Shown: one piece after another, positions 47,121 through 58,020 of the stretch
Numbering within the stretch: position 1 is the stretch's first letter
How the letters are laid out: each line of letters opens with the position of its first letter
Assembly (NCBI GenBank): GCA_963728915.1
Contig: CAVSLV010000002.1
Location: forward strand, 160,001-224,000
Direction of reading: 5' to 3'
DNA: 64,000 nt
From: an uncultured Gemmatimonadales bacterium
Lineage (GTDB): Bacteria; Gemmatimonadota; Gemmatimonadetes; Gemmatimonadales; GWC2-71-9
Translations under genes and position numbers: made by a program
The notes under the pieces: generated by a model
Databases searched by the model: none
What the model was told of the DNA's origin: nothing
The model's input: the letters and a program-made list of their open reading frames with translations, nothing else

Positions 47121-48538
47121 AAACCGCGTTGATGCTGGGAGGGCTCGCGCTCGCCGCGGCGCCGGCGTGCGCCCAGAACGAAACCGGTGCCCCGCTCGAT
47201 CGGGGGCGAACCTATGCCGTCGAGAGCCGCGTGCTCGGGGAGTCGCGCACCGTGGATGTCTCGCTGCCCAAAGGCTACGAGCGAAATGCCGGACGGCGGT
47301 ATCCGGTGCTGTACGTGCTGGACGGTGACTACGAGCAGGAGATCGCGGCGGCCGTCGCCGGGTTCCACGGGGAGGCCGGCACCGTGCCACCGATGATCGT
47401 CGTGGGGGTGCGGACGCCGAACCGGACCCACGACCTCACGACGGTCGCAGAACCGGGATTCGACCTCCCGCCGGAGGCCCGCGATGCCGGAGGCGCCGGC
47501 AAGTTCCTGGCGTTCCTCGCCGGGGAGCTGGTGCCCTGGGTAAACCACGCCTTCCGCACCGACTCGATGCGGGTGCTGGTGGGACACTCCCTCGGCGGGT
47601 TGTTCGCGGCCTACGCCATCGCCCAGCGACCGACGCTGTTCACCGGCTGGGTGCTGATGGAGCCTTCGTTATGGTGGAACCGAGGCGCGGAACGAAGCGC
47701 GATGCTCGCGGCGCTCCGTGCTCCCGCGGACCGGCATGCCCGGGTGATGGCGGTCAATATGGAGCCGCTCGCCCTCGACACCAGCCGCTGGGGCGACGAC
47801 AAGCCGATGGTCCGGGAGCTCGCCGTCACCGGTGAAACCCATTCGAGCATGGCGGCGATCGGCCTCGCGATGTCGTTGCGCACCATGTTCGCCGACTTCC
47901 TGCCGGGAGAATGGCGGCCCGGCACCCGCCCCATCGCGATGCTCGAACACTACGATTCGCTCGCCGATCGGCTGGGCTTCGCAGTGCCGATTCCGGAAGC
48001 GGCCTTCACCACGGTGGCGCGCATGTCGATCGACTCCCCCTACTACGACGACGCGGCGCGGGTCATCGACCGGATGGAAGCCACGCTTGGCGCGTCTCCT
48101 TCGAGCCGGGCCATGCGGGACAAGCTGGCCAGCGACCGCACCCACGAACGACCGGGGTTCGTGCCCCTGGTCTTCCCTTCCCATCGTCCGTCACCGCGCG
48201 AGGCGGAGAGGTTCCTGGGCCGCTGGGTGGCCGTGACTGACTCAACCCGCGTGCTCGACGTGCGGGCTTCGGGCGACACCATCGTGCTGCACGACCGCGA
48301 GGCCCTGCCGAGCGGCATGCCATGGGAAGGCGACCGGCCCGTGGTGCAGGTGACCACCGACGGAAGCCTGGAGTGGGGCCTGCCGGTGTTCCGCGGCCTT
48401 GCCGCGCTGCTGGTGCAACGGGGACGCATTCAACCGAACGGGACCCTGCTGGTGACGCCGGAGGTGCGCGGCTGGGTGCCGGTCGGCCCCGGTCCGGACC
48501 TGGAGCGAACGGTGACGTTCCGCCGCGTCCCATCGTGA
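47117..48538 (+). CDS. Secreted esterase (IroE/Fes-like alpha/beta hydrolase)
   Basis: Motifs YPVLYVLDG, GHSLGG and PSLWW; SD GGAGG. Confidence 0.87.
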   Translation: MKTALMLGGLALAAAPACAQNETGAPLDRGRTYAVESRVLGESRTVDVSLPKGYERNAGRRYPVLYVLDGDYEQEIAAAVAGFHGEAGTVPPMIVVGVRTPNRTHDLTTVAEPGFDLPPEARDAGGAGKFLAFLAGELVPWVNHAFRTDSMRVLVGHSLGGLFAAYAIAQRPTLFTGWVLMEPSLWWNRGAERSAMLAALRAPADRHARVMAVNMEPLALDTSRWGDDKPMVRELAVTGETHSSMAAIGLAMSLRTMFADFLPGEWRPGTRPIAMLEHYDSLADRLGFAVPIPEAAFTTVARMSIDSPYYDDAARVIDRMEATLGASPSSRAMRDKLASDRTHERPGFVPLVFPSHRPSPREAERFLGRWVAVTDSTRVLDVRASGDTIVLHDREALPSGMPWEGDRPVVQVTTDGSLEWGLPVFRGLAALLVQRGRIQPNGTLLVTPEVRGWVPVGPGPDLERTVTFRRVPS

Positions 48539-48631
48539 CCACGGGGGGCGGCTGACACAGGTACATTTCCGTGGATGATGGTATGCCGCGGATCAACAGG
48601 AAAGTCAGGCTCTCCCCAGCTGCTCCGCCGC

Positions 48632-48740
48632 CTGCTGCGCGCCAGGGGAGTGGAATTCACCCAGGAGCCGATGGACCGCTATGGCACCGTGGATGCCGGA
48701 TTCCGCGATCCATCCGGGAATGGTTGGAAGATGATCGACG
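48632..48740 (+). pseudogene. C-terminal remnant of a VOC-family protein
   Basis: [34 protein letters not shown] without an N-terminus. Confidence 0.65.
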
Positions 48741-48801
48741 CACGCCACCCACCCCGTCCGGTTCGGGTGGCTCAGGACGTCACCAGGACGAGGAGAGCTC
48801 G

Positions 48802-49254
48802 ATGAGTCCGAAGAAGACGACGCAGAAGCCCGCGAAGAAGACCAAAGGATTCAGCCCGGAAGAACGGGCCGCGATGAAGGAGTATGTTCAGGAGCTCAAG
48901 GGAGGCGAAAACGGAGAAGAGCAGCTGCTCGCGAAAATCGCCGCCATGGTGGAGCCGGACCGCTCCATGGCCAAGCGAGTGCACGCCATCATCACGTCCA
49001 GTGTGCCGACCCTCATGCCGAAAACCTGGTACGGCATGCCGGCCTATGCCAGGCCGGACGGCAAGACGGTCTGCTTCTTCCAAAGCGGGCAGAAGTTCAA
49101 GTCCCGATATGCGACCCTCGGCTTCAGCGATTCCGCGAAACTGGACCAGGGCAACATGTGGCCCACTTCCTATGCGCTGAAGGAGCTGACCGCCACCGAG
49201 GAAACGAAGATCAGGGCGCTGGTGAAGCAGGCCGTGGGAGCGGATTCATCCTGA
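48802..49254 (+). CDS. DUF1801 (YdhG-like) protein
   Basis: Motifs [17 protein letters not shown] and MWPTSYAL. Confidence 0.85.
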   Translation: MSPKKTTQKPAKKTKGFSPEERAAMKEYVQELKGGENGEEQLLAKIAAMVEPDRSMAKRVHAIITSSVPTLMPKTWYGMPAYARPDGKTVCFFQSGQKFKSRYATLGFSDSAKLDQGNMWPTSYALKELTATEETKIRALVKQAVGADSS

Positions 49255-49607
49255 TCCGGGCCGGAGCTGCGATCGGAATCGCCCTGCTCCTCGCCGGTTG
49301 CCATGAGGAATGTCTGCTGCCCCCGTGCGCCGTGCCGGTCGCGATCGAAGTGAGCGTGAGCTCGTCCCTCTCAGGGGGGCCGGTTGACGGTGCCTCGCTG
49401 GCCGTGTCGGGTGGGCTCACGTCGAGCCTCGACTGCGCATCGAGCTGCGTGGTGCCGGGCCTGCCCGGCACCTACCAGCTGACCCTGTCGGCGCCCGGAT
49501 TCCAGACGATTCAGCAGTCCGTGGAGGTGCACGGATCGACCCCGCAATGCGGTTGCCCGATGGTCGAGACGGAGCGGGTTAGCCTGGTGCTCCACCCCAC
49601 CTCTTGA
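49251..49607 (+). CDS. Small Cys-rich lipoprotein with carboxypeptidase-regulatory-like fold; start uncertain
   Basis: Lipobox LLAGC; motif [14 protein letters not shown]. Confidence 0.5.
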   Translation: MIRAGAAIGIALLLAGCHEECLLPPCAVPVAIEVSVSSSLSGGPVDGASLAVSGGLTSSLDCASSCVVPGLPGTYQLTLSAPGFQTIQQSVEVHGSTPQCGCPMVETERVSLVLHPTS

Positions 49608-49688
49608 GCAACCGGCCGGACCGGTGGCTGGACAACGGACGCTCTTCGACAGAGTTTTGAGTCCCCCATCCAATCTGCGGAGTGTACC

Positions 49689-50276
49689 ATGAAGCGCGCC
49701 CGAGCAGCCCTGGTCCTGGCGATGTTCCTTCCGAGCGGCCTCATGGCACAGCAGGGGGGAGGTCCCCCGGCCAACCCGATCACCGCCGCCTTCCGCGCTC
49801 GCATCAACGGCCTGCACCGCAACATCGCCCAGGCGTTCGATTCGATTCCCGCGTCGAAGTTCTCCTACAAGCCGACCCCGGCGCAGCTCAGCATCGGCTT
49901 CATCGCCCAGCACGTGGCGAGCGACAACTATTTCTTCTGCAACCTGTTCGGGGACATGAAGGCCTCCCTGCCGGCCAGCGATACCGAGACCCCCGACTCG
50001 GTCCGGGCGACCTGGCCCCGGGACACCCTGATCGCCAAACTCAAGGCGTCGTTCACCTTCTGCGAGAGCGCTATGGCCCAGGTCACCGACGCGAATTTGG
50101 CGGACCAGGTCACCATGTCGTTCGGCGGCAATTCACGCCAGGTCCCCAAGGCGAGTATGGTCCTCGGGCACGCGCTCGATCTGGCCGATCACTACAGCCA
50201 GCTCGCGAATTACATGCGGCTCAATGGCATTCTCCCTCCCACCGCCCTGCCGAGACCCAGGCCGGGAGGCGAATGA
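49689..50276 (+). CDS. Secreted DinB-family protein
   Basis: Motifs YKPTP, HVA and HYSQL..YMRLNG.LPP. Confidence 0.85.
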   Translation: MKRARAALVLAMFLPSGLMAQQGGGPPANPITAAFRARINGLHRNIAQAFDSIPASKFSYKPTPAQLSIGFIAQHVASDNYFFCNLFGDMKASLPASDTETPDSVRATWPRDTLIAKLKASFTFCESAMAQVTDANLADQVTMSFGGNSRQVPKASMVLGHALDLADHYSQLANYMRLNGILPPTALPRPRPGGE

Positions 50277-50302
50277 CCGGGGCCAGGCCCGGTGACTGGA
50301 CC

Positions 50303-50704
50303 ATGAAGAAGACCGCGAACGCCCGCTTCGCCATCAAGAGCTGGGACGAAAAGCCGTACCGCGAAGCGGAGGGCCTGCCGAAGCTTACCCGGGCGAGCGT
50401 GACCAAGGCCTTGACCGGCGACATCTCGGGTGAGGGCCAGGTCGAATACCTCATGATGTATCGAAGCGATGGCAGCGCGGTATTCGTCGGGCTCGAGCGG
50501 GTGGTGGGAAGCATCGAAGGAAAGGCTGGCAGCTTCGTCCTCCAGCGCACTGGAGTTTTCGAAGGCGGCCAGGCCAGGGAGAGCTATACGGTCATTCCTG
50601 GCTCCGCCACCGGAGATCTGGTCGGCCTGACGGGAGAGGGCAGTACGTCGGTTGGGCACGGCATGGAGCATCCCTTTACGATGGCCTACGAGATCAACCC
50701 GTGA
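50303..50704 (+). CDS. DUF3224 protein
   Basis: Motifs WDEKP, GSFVLQ and VIPGSATG.L.GL.G. Confidence 0.85.
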   Translation: MKKTANARFAIKSWDEKPYREAEGLPKLTRASVTKALTGDISGEGQVEYLMMYRSDGSAVFVGLERVVGSIEGKAGSFVLQRTGVFEGGQARESYTVIPGSATGDLVGLTGEGSTSVGHGMEHPFTMAYEINP

Positions 50705-50928
50705 CCACGCCACGGCTGTTGGCCGTTCTCCTGCTGGCAGCCGCCGGCGGGTGTTCGTCTGGGCAGTCTCACCGGGTGGCGGCGGATTCTCTGACCAGGC
50801 GGCAACGCGACAGTGCGATCGGCGCCTCGAAGCTTCCTGGCGCCGCGGGGGTTCGGGGCGCGTTGCGCGCTAGCGATTCAGCAGCGGCCCGCCGGGCCCG
50901 CGAGGACTCCATCGCCCGCAACCCCTAG
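50701..50928 (+). CDS. Small lipoprotein
   Basis: Lipobox AGGC; coupled to the upstream gene. Confidence 0.6.
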   Translation: MTTPRLLAVLLLAAAGGCSSGQSHRVAADSLTRRQRDSAIGASKLPGAAGVRGALRASDSAAARRAREDSIARNP

Positions 50929-50951
50929 GCGCTATCTCAGCCGATAAATCC

Positions 50952-51341
50952 ATGACGCTCTCTCCCATGCTTTCGGTTCGCCGCGGCGCCGAAGCGGTCG
51001 CCTTCTACCGGGCGGCATTCAACGCCCGCGAGATCTTCAAGATCGAAGCGCCGGACGGCGCCGTCGTGGCCGAGCTCGCCGTCGGCGATGGGAAGTTCTG
51101 GGTCGCCGATGAATCGCCGGCTCACCAGAACTTCAGCCCCGACACCCTGAACGGAAGCACGGCTCGCATGGTGCTGGTGGTGCCGGATCCCGTTTCGGTG
51201 CATGCCCAGGCCATGCGCGCGGGGGCGAAGCAGATCTGGCCGGTGCGGGAGGAGAATGGGTGGTTCATCGGACGAGTGCAGGATCCCTACGGACATCACT
51301 GGGAAATCGGAAAACCGATGGGACCCGGGGTCGGCGAGTAA
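50952..51341 (+). CDS. VOC/PhnB-like protein
   Basis: Motifs AVAFYRAAF.A and GRVQDPYGHHWEI. Confidence 0.88.
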   Translation: MTLSPMLSVRRGAEAVAFYRAAFNAREIFKIEAPDGAVVAELAVGDGKFWVADESPAHQNFSPDTLNGSTARMVLVVPDPVSVHAQAMRAGAKQIWPVREENGWFIGRVQDPYGHHWEIGKPMGPGVGE

Positions 51342-52322
51342 TCATTCATACCGGATCGCCTCGATCGGCGGCAAGCGCGCCGCGCGGACGGCTGGATACA
51401 GCCCGAACACAATACCGACGATGATGCCGGCGCCGGTAGCGACCAGGAGGGTCGTCCCCGTCACCGCGATCCGCACCGGGGCGTCGGTTTGCGCGCGCAT
51501 CGCCGCCGTCACCGCGACCCCGGTGACCAGACCCAGGGTGACGCCCACCACCGCGCCCACTCCCGAAAGCGTCACCGACTCGGCGAGAAACTGAACCAGG
51601 ATATCGGCGCGCTTCGCGCCGATGGCCCGCCGAACCCCGATCTCCCTGGTGCGCTCCGTCACCGACGCGAGCAGCACGTTCATGATCCCGATGCCCCCGA
51701 CGACCAGGGAAATGCCGGTGATGGCGCCCATCAGGAGCTTGAACACCAGCATCGCGCGGCGGGCCTGATTCGCCCGCATCTCGTTGGACTGAACCGCGAC
51801 GCGATCCTGCCATCGTTCCCATCGCGACCCGAGCCAGCGCTCGACCCGGGCGCGGAGCTCGGGGACATTTTCGATTCGATCCGCACGCACCGTCAGCGCC
51901 GGTAATGGCGCGGCCTCACGCTGTCACCGACCGTCACTCCGAGCGATTGGGCGATCGAGGCAGGCAGCGTCACGACCCGGGCGCCGGTCGCCAGATCGGT
52001 CTCGGCCAGCGATCGCCCGGCGGTCACGATGAACTGGTGCTGGCTTGCCAGCGTGCCCATCCCCGATACGATCACCCCGTGCCCGATCGTGTCCCCTGTT
52101 GCGTGCGCGGGGACTCCTCCGGTGACCGAAAGGGACACCGTCGCGCCGGCCCCCAGTACCGACTGCAGGGCCACCGCGTCGGGCCATCCGCTCGACGCCG
52201 TCACCGACCGAGAGCACCGCGACCAGGGCCGCCACCCCGATGACAACGCCGAGGGCCGACAGCGCCGTCCGGAGTGGATTCGACCGTAGCGCGCGGAGCC
52301 CGACCACGAAGGAGAATCGCAT
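51342..52322 (-). pseudogene. MacB-like ABC permease eroded by deletions and frameshift
   Basis: N-terminal NPLRT.LS.LGVVIGVAA and C-terminal VGGIGIMNVLLASVTERTREIG are intact; the middle is shortened and out of frame. Confidence 0.8.
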
Positions 52323-52452
52323 ACCGGAAGAAAAGTATCCCCGCCTCGATCCGCTCTGCTCGAAACCCCACCTGTCTCGAGGACGTAGAGCCCAGACGCA
52401 ACGTTCCAGCCCACCGGGCTGTCTAACTCGGACCTTCGGCCAAAGGCATGCC

Positions 52453-54873
52453 GTGCTCACTGAATGGGCCACCGACCTTCGCCACGCCTGGCGCGCTCTC
52501 CGCCGCACTCCCGGTTTTCTGGCCACCTCCGTGATCACGCTGGGCCTCGCCATCGGGGCCGTGGCCGGCATGTTCAACGTGGTGAACACGGTCGTTCTGA
52601 AACCGCTGCCCTTCCCCGATGCCGACCGGCTCGTCGCTATCGCGGGCACCGCCCCCGGATCGGATCTGCCTCCACGGTTCAGCCCCGGTCTCGAATTCTT
52701 CCTCCACTACAAGGAGCAATCGAAGCTCCTCGACGGTCTCTTCGTGTTCGGCGCCGGCACCTCGACGCTCCGGACCGAAGACCGGGTCGAGCGGATCGAG
52801 ATGGCCTGGCCCAGCAACGAGATGTACCAGACCCTCGGCGCCCGGCCTCTCCTGGGCAGGCTCCCGGTTGACGAAGACGCCGACCACGTGGTCGTCATCA
52901 GCTATCAGCTCTGGCAGACCTGGTTCGCCGGCGACACCGCCGTGATCGGCCGTTCCTACTTCGTGTCCGACAGCATGCGCCAGATCGTGGGGATCATGCC
53001 GCCGGACTTCCACTTTCCCAGGGAAGCGACCCTGCTCTGGGTGGCCGGCAGCATCCGGCTCGCTCAGGTGCGTCCCGGCCAGGGCGGGCTTCCCATGATC
53101 GGCAGGATGAAGCCCGGCGTAACCCGCGAAGCGCTGGCCGCCGAGCTGACTCGTCTGTCGAAAGCCCTGCCCGATCGGTTCGGCGGCCCGCCCAACTATG
53201 CCAGGATCATCCAGCAGCACTCGGCGGTGGTGGATCCGATGCTCGACGTGATGGTCGGACCGACCACCAGAACGTCGCTCTGGGTGCTCCTTGCCGCCGT
53301 CGCGATCGTGCTGGCCATCGCCTGCGCCAACGTGGCCAATCTCTTCCTGGTTCGCGCGGAGGGACGCCATCGCGACCTGGCGGTGCGGCGCGCCATGGGC
53401 GCGAGCCGAACCCAGCTGGTCCGGCTCCAGCTGGCCGAGGCCTTCCTGGTGGCGCTTGTGGCCGGGGGCCTGGCGGTGGTGCTCACGCTCGTCACCTTGC
53501 CGGTCCTCCTCCACGCCGCGCCGCCCCGCATTCCCCGGCTGGCCCTGGTGAGCCTCGATCTTCCCACGGTGGTGGTCGCGTTCCTTCTGGTGGTGGTCGC
53601 CGCGCTGGCCTGTGGGGCGTTCCCCGCTTGGCGCGCCTCCGCGCCCAATCTCCAGCGGCTTCGGGAAGGGGGCCGTGGCGCCACCGGGCGCCGGCACTGG
53701 GCCCGCAACGGACTGGTGGTCGGGCAGACCGCCCTGGCGCTGGTGCTGCTGATCGGCTCGGCGCTCCTGGTCCGGAGCTTCCAGAAGCTTCGCCACGTGG
53801 ACCCGGGTTATGACGTCCGGGACCTCTACACGTTCCAATTCGCCCCGGACCAGAAGCAGCTCACCGACGGACCCAGCTGGGGCCATCTGCATCTGGACTT
53901 CATGAACCGGCTTCGCGCCCTGCCCGGCGTCACCGCGGTCGGGATCGTCAACAACGTTCCCCTCGATGAGGGAACCGGACAAACCCGGTTTCTCACCACC
54001 GGGATGGATGCCACCGGCGGTGGTGCCCTGCTCAAGGTGAACTGGACGGCGGGAGACTACTTCACCGCGATGGGCATCGACCTCGTCCGGGGCCGCAGCT
54101 TCACCAGCGATGAAGCGGTGACACCCAACAGCAACGTCATCGTGAGCCGGTCGGCGGCGGAACGCATGTGGCCGGGGCAGAACCCGCTGGGCCGTCAGCT
54201 GTGGCGAACCGGCTCATCCCAGACCTTCACCGTCGTCGGAGTGGTGAGCGATGTGAAGCAGGACGACTGGCGGGAAGCGGGAGAATCCATCGTGTATTTC
54301 CCGCTCACCGGTCCGACACCGACTGCCTGGGCCATGGGGTCGCCCGCCTACGTCGTCAAGTCTGCCCGGGCCGCGAGCCTGGGTCGGGAGGTGCGTGAGC
54401 TGGTCCATCAGGTGGCTCCCGAAGCGCCGGTCTATCGGGAATACACCATGGAGGAGCTCGCCGGCCGCTCCATGGTCCAGCTCAGCTTCACGATGCTCAC
54501 GCTCAGTGTGGTGTCCGGGCTCGCCCTGATCCTCGGCGCGGTGGGCCTCTACGGCGTGCTGGCCTACGTGGTGACCGAGCGGACCCGGGAAATCGGGGTC
54601 CGCATGGCGCTGGGCGCGACGCCGCGCACGGTGCAGAAGATGGTGGTTTCCCAGGGCGTGCGAGTCGTCCTGATCGGAGCGGCCCTCGGCATCGTGGCGG
54701 CTCTGGCCTCCACCCGCGCGCTCGGCAACCTGCTCTACGACGTGCCGGCGATCGACCTCTGGGTCTTCCTGGCCATGTCCGTCACCCTGATGGCGATCGG
54801 CATGGTGGCGAGTTTCCTCCCGGCACGAAGGGCAAGCCGGGTGGACCCGATCGAGTCCCTCCGGAACGAGTGA
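52453..54873 (+). CDS. Duplicated orphan permease (ADOP)
   Basis: Motifs DLRHAWRALRRTPGF, IACANVANL and ERTREIGVRMALGA. Confidence 0.92.
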   Translation: MLTEWATDLRHAWRALRRTPGFLATSVITLGLAIGAVAGMFNVVNTVVLKPLPFPDADRLVAIAGTAPGSDLPPRFSPGLEFFLHYKEQSKLLDGLFVFGAGTSTLRTEDRVERIEMAWPSNEMYQTLGARPLLGRLPVDEDADHVVVISYQLWQTWFAGDTAVIGRSYFVSDSMRQIVGIMPPDFHFPREATLLWVAGSIRLAQVRPGQGGLPMIGRMKPGVTREALAAELTRLSKALPDRFGGPPNYARIIQQHSAVVDPMLDVMVGPTTRTSLWVLLAAVAIVLAIACANVANLFLVRAEGRHRDLAVRRAMGASRTQLVRLQLAEAFLVALVAGGLAVVLTLVTLPVLLHAAPPRIPRLALVSLDLPTVVVAFLLVVVAALACGAFPAWRASAPNLQRLREGGRGATGRRHWARNGLVVGQTALALVLLIGSALLVRSFQKLRHVDPGYDVRDLYTFQFAPDQKQLTDGPSWGHLHLDFMNRLRALPGVTAVGIVNNVPLDEGTGQTRFLTTGMDATGGGALLKVNWTAGDYFTAMGIDLVRGRSFTSDEAVTPNSNVIVSRSAAERMWPGQNPLGRQLWRTGSSQTFTVVGVVSDVKQDDWREAGESIVYFPLTGPTPTAWAMGSPAYVVKSARAASLGREVRELVHQVAPEAPVYREYTMEELAGRSMVQLSFTMLTLSVVSGLALILGAVGLYGVLAYVVTERTREIGVRMALGATPRTVQKMVVSQGVRVVLIGAALGIVAALASTRALGNLLYDVPAIDLWVFLAMSVTLMAIGMVASFLPARRASRVDPIESLRNE

Positions 54874-55253
54874 ACCTCCCGAGCGGCCGGCCTCCCGCGA
54901 TATCTTGCAGGCCGGTCAGTGGCCGACACCGAGGGTCTCGGGGAATCGGCGGCACCATCTACACCACCATCGTGGTGCGGCGTGCCTGGCGTCAGACCCA
55001 CTACCGGCCCGTCGCCGAGGACTGGATCTGGCACGTCGCGCTCCCCCTGGTCGGCTATCTGGTGCTCGTGCTGGCGGCCGCGATCCTCTCCCTGCATCCG
55101 GTCACCGGGTTGTTCCTCGTGGGTGGCGTGGCCCTCATGCTGATCTTCGTCGGCATCCATAACGCGTGGGATGCCGTGTCGTATATGGTGCTCCAGCGCC
55201 GCGCCATGCTCAGATCGCCGGAGCCTCGGTCAAAGGCGCCCCGGGCGCCGTAG
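54870..55253 (+). pseudogene. Membrane protein, N-terminally truncated
   Basis: C-terminal EDW.WH..LP...GIHNAWD.V.Y preceded by non-protein-like sequence. Confidence 0.55.
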
Positions 55254-55269
55254 CTCACCGTCAGGTAAC

Positions 55270-55797
55270 GTGGCTCTCGTCGTCCTGCTCCGTGGCGTGA
55301 ACGTCGGGGGCAACCGGACCTTCCGTCCGGCCGCGCTCGCCGCGGAGCTCAGCCACCTGGGCGCGGTCAATATCGGGGCCGCGGGAACCTTCGTGATCCG
55401 GAAACCCATCACCCGGAGGAACCTTCGCGCCGAGCTGGCGCGCCGGCTTCCCTTCGAGACCCAGATCATGCTGTGCGAAGGGCGCGAGATCCGGAGCCTG
55501 ATTTCTCGCGATCCCTTTTCGGAACACCCGACGGCGTCCGACCTGACCCGGTTCGTCAGCGTGCTGGCCCGGGTGCCCCGGACCGGGCCGGCGATGCCGT
55601 GCAGTCTTCCGCCCGAGGGACAATGGCTGGTAAGAATTCTGGGGCGAGAGCGTTGTATCGTCGTTGGGGTCTACCGCCGGCACCTGAAGACCATCGGCTA
55701 TCTCGGGAAGCTGGACCGGCTCTTCGGGGTTCCGGTCACCACCCGGAACTGGAACACCATGACCACGATCGCGCAAACGCTGGAGACCGGGGATTAA
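55270..55797 (+). CDS. DUF1697 protein
   Basis: Motifs LLRGVNVGG and TTRNWNT. Confidence 0.88.
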   Translation: MALVVLLRGVNVGGNRTFRPAALAAELSHLGAVNIGAAGTFVIRKPITRRNLRAELARRLPFETQIMLCEGREIRSLISRDPFSEHPTASDLTRFVSVLARVPRTGPAMPCSLPPEGQWLVRILGRERCIVVGVYRRHLKTIGYLGKLDRLFGVPVTTRNWNTMTTIAQTLETGD

Positions 55798-55803
55798 CCC
55801 GGC

Positions 55804-57741
55804 TCAGCGCTCCGGCAGGGCGAACGCGACGACGTAATCGCCCGGCCCCCACTCGTCGCCGCCGCCCACGCACACCACCACGAACTGGCGTCCACCGGCC
55901 TCGTAGGTCATCGGTGTGGCGCGGGCGCCGGCGGGAAGCGGACCCTTCCACAACTCCTTCCCGGTTTCGACGTCGAAGGCGCGAAGTACGTGGTCCATTG
56001 CGGCGCCGATGAAGACCAGGCCCGAGGCGGTCACGATCGGTCCACCGAGGTTGGGCGTTCCCAGCGAGGGAGAGGCGGGGGGAATGCCGGGGCGAAGGGA
56101 TGAAGGATCACCCAGGGGAGCCTCCCAGGCCTTCGCGCCGGTCGAGAGGTCGATCGCCACCAGCTTTCCGAAGGGCGGCGGCGTACAAGGCAAACCGCCG
56201 GAAGTGTTGATCATGTTGCGCCGCATGACATAGGGCGTTCCATGCATGCGGGTGTATTCATCCCCCAGCCGGGAGGTGTGCTCCCGCATCTGGGTGGTAT
56301 CGAGCTGGTCGAGCCGGATGAGCTGCACCCGCGCCGCGATGGTGTTCACCGGGATGATCGCGAGCTGGCGGGCCGGGTCGAAGGCGAGGCCTCCCCAGTG
56401 CGCGCCGCCGATATTCGAAGGCAGCACCACCGATCCTTCGAGGGAGGGCGGGGTGAAGGGACCATCGTTCCGCATCGGGCGGATCATCGCCAGACAGGAC
56501 GCCCGAATGGCGTCATTGGGCGCCCAGACAGCCGATGAATCGAAACGGCTGGGCGAGAGCGGGGGAATCACCGTGTTGAATGGCTGGGTCGGTGAGGCCC
56601 GCTCGCCATAGAGCGTGCTCGGGGGAACCGGTCGTTCTTCCACCGGAAATACCGGAACGCCGGTATCGCGATTCAGCACGAAGAGCTGTCCCGACTTGGT
56701 GGCCTGGAGCACCACGTCCTGCCGGGCGCCGTTCCGGGTAATGGTGGCCAGCACCGGGGGAGCGGCGTTGTCGTAGTCCCAGAGATCGTGGTGCACCGTC
56801 TGGAAGTGCCAGATCACCTTGCCGGTACTGGCCCGGAGCGCGACGATCGAGTTCGCGTAGCGGTTGTCCCCGATCCGTTCGCCACCGTAGTAGTCGGGGC
56901 TCGGGCTCCCGGTCGGCACGAAGACCAGATCGCGCGCGGAATCGGCCGCCAGCACGCTCCACGCATTGGCGGCCCCGGTCGAGTGCGCCATCGCGCCCCG
57001 CCAACTCGACCAGGCGGGGTCGCTGGAATCGCGGGGCACCGGATCCCAGCTCCACTTGAGGACGCCGGTCCGGGCGTCGTAGGCCCGCACTTCGCCGCTC
57101 GCCGCGTTGGTCCGCCCGTTGTCCGCGACCGCCGAGCCGGTGACGATGGTCCCGCGGATGATCGCCGGTGGCGAGGTGAGCTCGTATTCCTCGGCGTAGT
57201 ACGGCGTGTTATGGAGACCGTCGCGGAGCCGCACCGTGCCGGCATTCCCGAACCCGGCGCAGGGGTGGCCGGACCTGGCATCGAGCGCGATGATCCGGCC
57301 GTCAATCACCGGGAGATAGATGCGCCGCTTGCACGAGGCATGGGCCGGCGCCCGGGGATCGAGCCAGGTGGAGACCCCGCGACTCGCGAAGTCTCCCCAG
57401 TTGCCCCCTCGGTCCGCGGTGGTGTGGAATTCCCATCGCTCTGCGCCGGTGACCGGGTCGAGCGCAATGGCGCGCCCGAACGGGGTCGAGAGATAGAGCG
57501 TCCCGTCCACCATGAGCGGAGTCGCCTCGAACTTGGGCACCCGGCGCACCGCGCTGTCGCCGGTGCGGAAGCTCCACGCCACGGTCAGGCGCGCGACGTT
57601 CTGCCGGGTGATCTGGGTCAGGGGGGAGAACCGCGCGCCGGATTGATCGCGTCCGTAGGCGCTCCATTCACCAGGTTGCTGGGCGGCGACCGGAGCGGCG
57701 ACGCCGGCGGCCAGCATCAGAGCGCGCAAGGTATTGGTCAT
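55804..57741 (-). CDS. PQQ-dependent dehydrogenase (glucose/quinate type, periplasmic)
   Basis: Motifs RFSPLTQI...NV, FQTVHHDLWDYD and GGP..TASGLVFIG. Confidence 0.93.
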   Translation of the reverse strand: MTNTLRALMLAAGVAAPVAAQQPGEWSAYGRDQSGARFSPLTQITRQNVARLTVAWSFRTGDSAVRRVPKFEATPLMVDGTLYLSTPFGRAIALDPVTGAERWEFHTTADRGGNWGDFASRGVSTWLDPRAPAHASCKRRIYLPVIDGRIIALDARSGHPCAGFGNAGTVRLRDGLHNTPYYAEEYELTSPPAIIRGTIVTGSAVADNGRTNAASGEVRAYDARTGVLKWSWDPVPRDSSDPAWSSWRGAMAHSTGAANAWSVLAADSARDLVFVPTGSPSPDYYGGERIGDNRYANSIVALRASTGKVIWHFQTVHHDLWDYDNAAPPVLATITRNGARQDVVLQATKSGQLFVLNRDTGVPVFPVEERPVPPSTLYGERASPTQPFNTVIPPLSPSRFDSSAVWAPNDAIRASCLAMIRPMRNDGPFTPPSLEGSVVLPSNIGGAHWGGLAFDPARQLAIIPVNTIAARVQLIRLDQLDTTQMREHTSRLGDEYTRMHGTPYVMRRNMINTSGGLPCTPPPFGKLVAIDLSTGAKAWEAPLGDPSSLRPGIPPASPSLGTPNLGGPIVTASGLVFIGAAMDHVLRAFDVETGKELWKGPLPAGARATPMTYEAGGRQFVVVCVGGGDEWGPGDYVVAFALPER

Positions 57742-58020
57742 AGGTCCTAACCTATCACGACGGGGCCAGCGCCGGGGAGGTGTCGTATGTTTGGCGTGCC
57801 GAACCACGGTCGTGGGGCTCGACCTGGGTGCCGGTATCTACGAAGCGAGGGTGCCCGCGTCGCGATCCATGCGGGTGGAGGATTCTGGGCCTATCTGACC
57901 TCGGCGCTCGCACTCTCGGCCGTCGACACCGGCAGGCCGGCCCCGGACCTTCGTCAGCACGCCTAACACGCTCCGCTTGCGCGGGCCCCAGAGGTTCAGT
58001 CCCGGAGGTATATTGGCGCG

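Noticed and set aside
57961..57980. GCCTAACACGCTCCGCTTGC as an attC or IS A target
   Set aside because: No complementary half and no gene ending there; only a partial match
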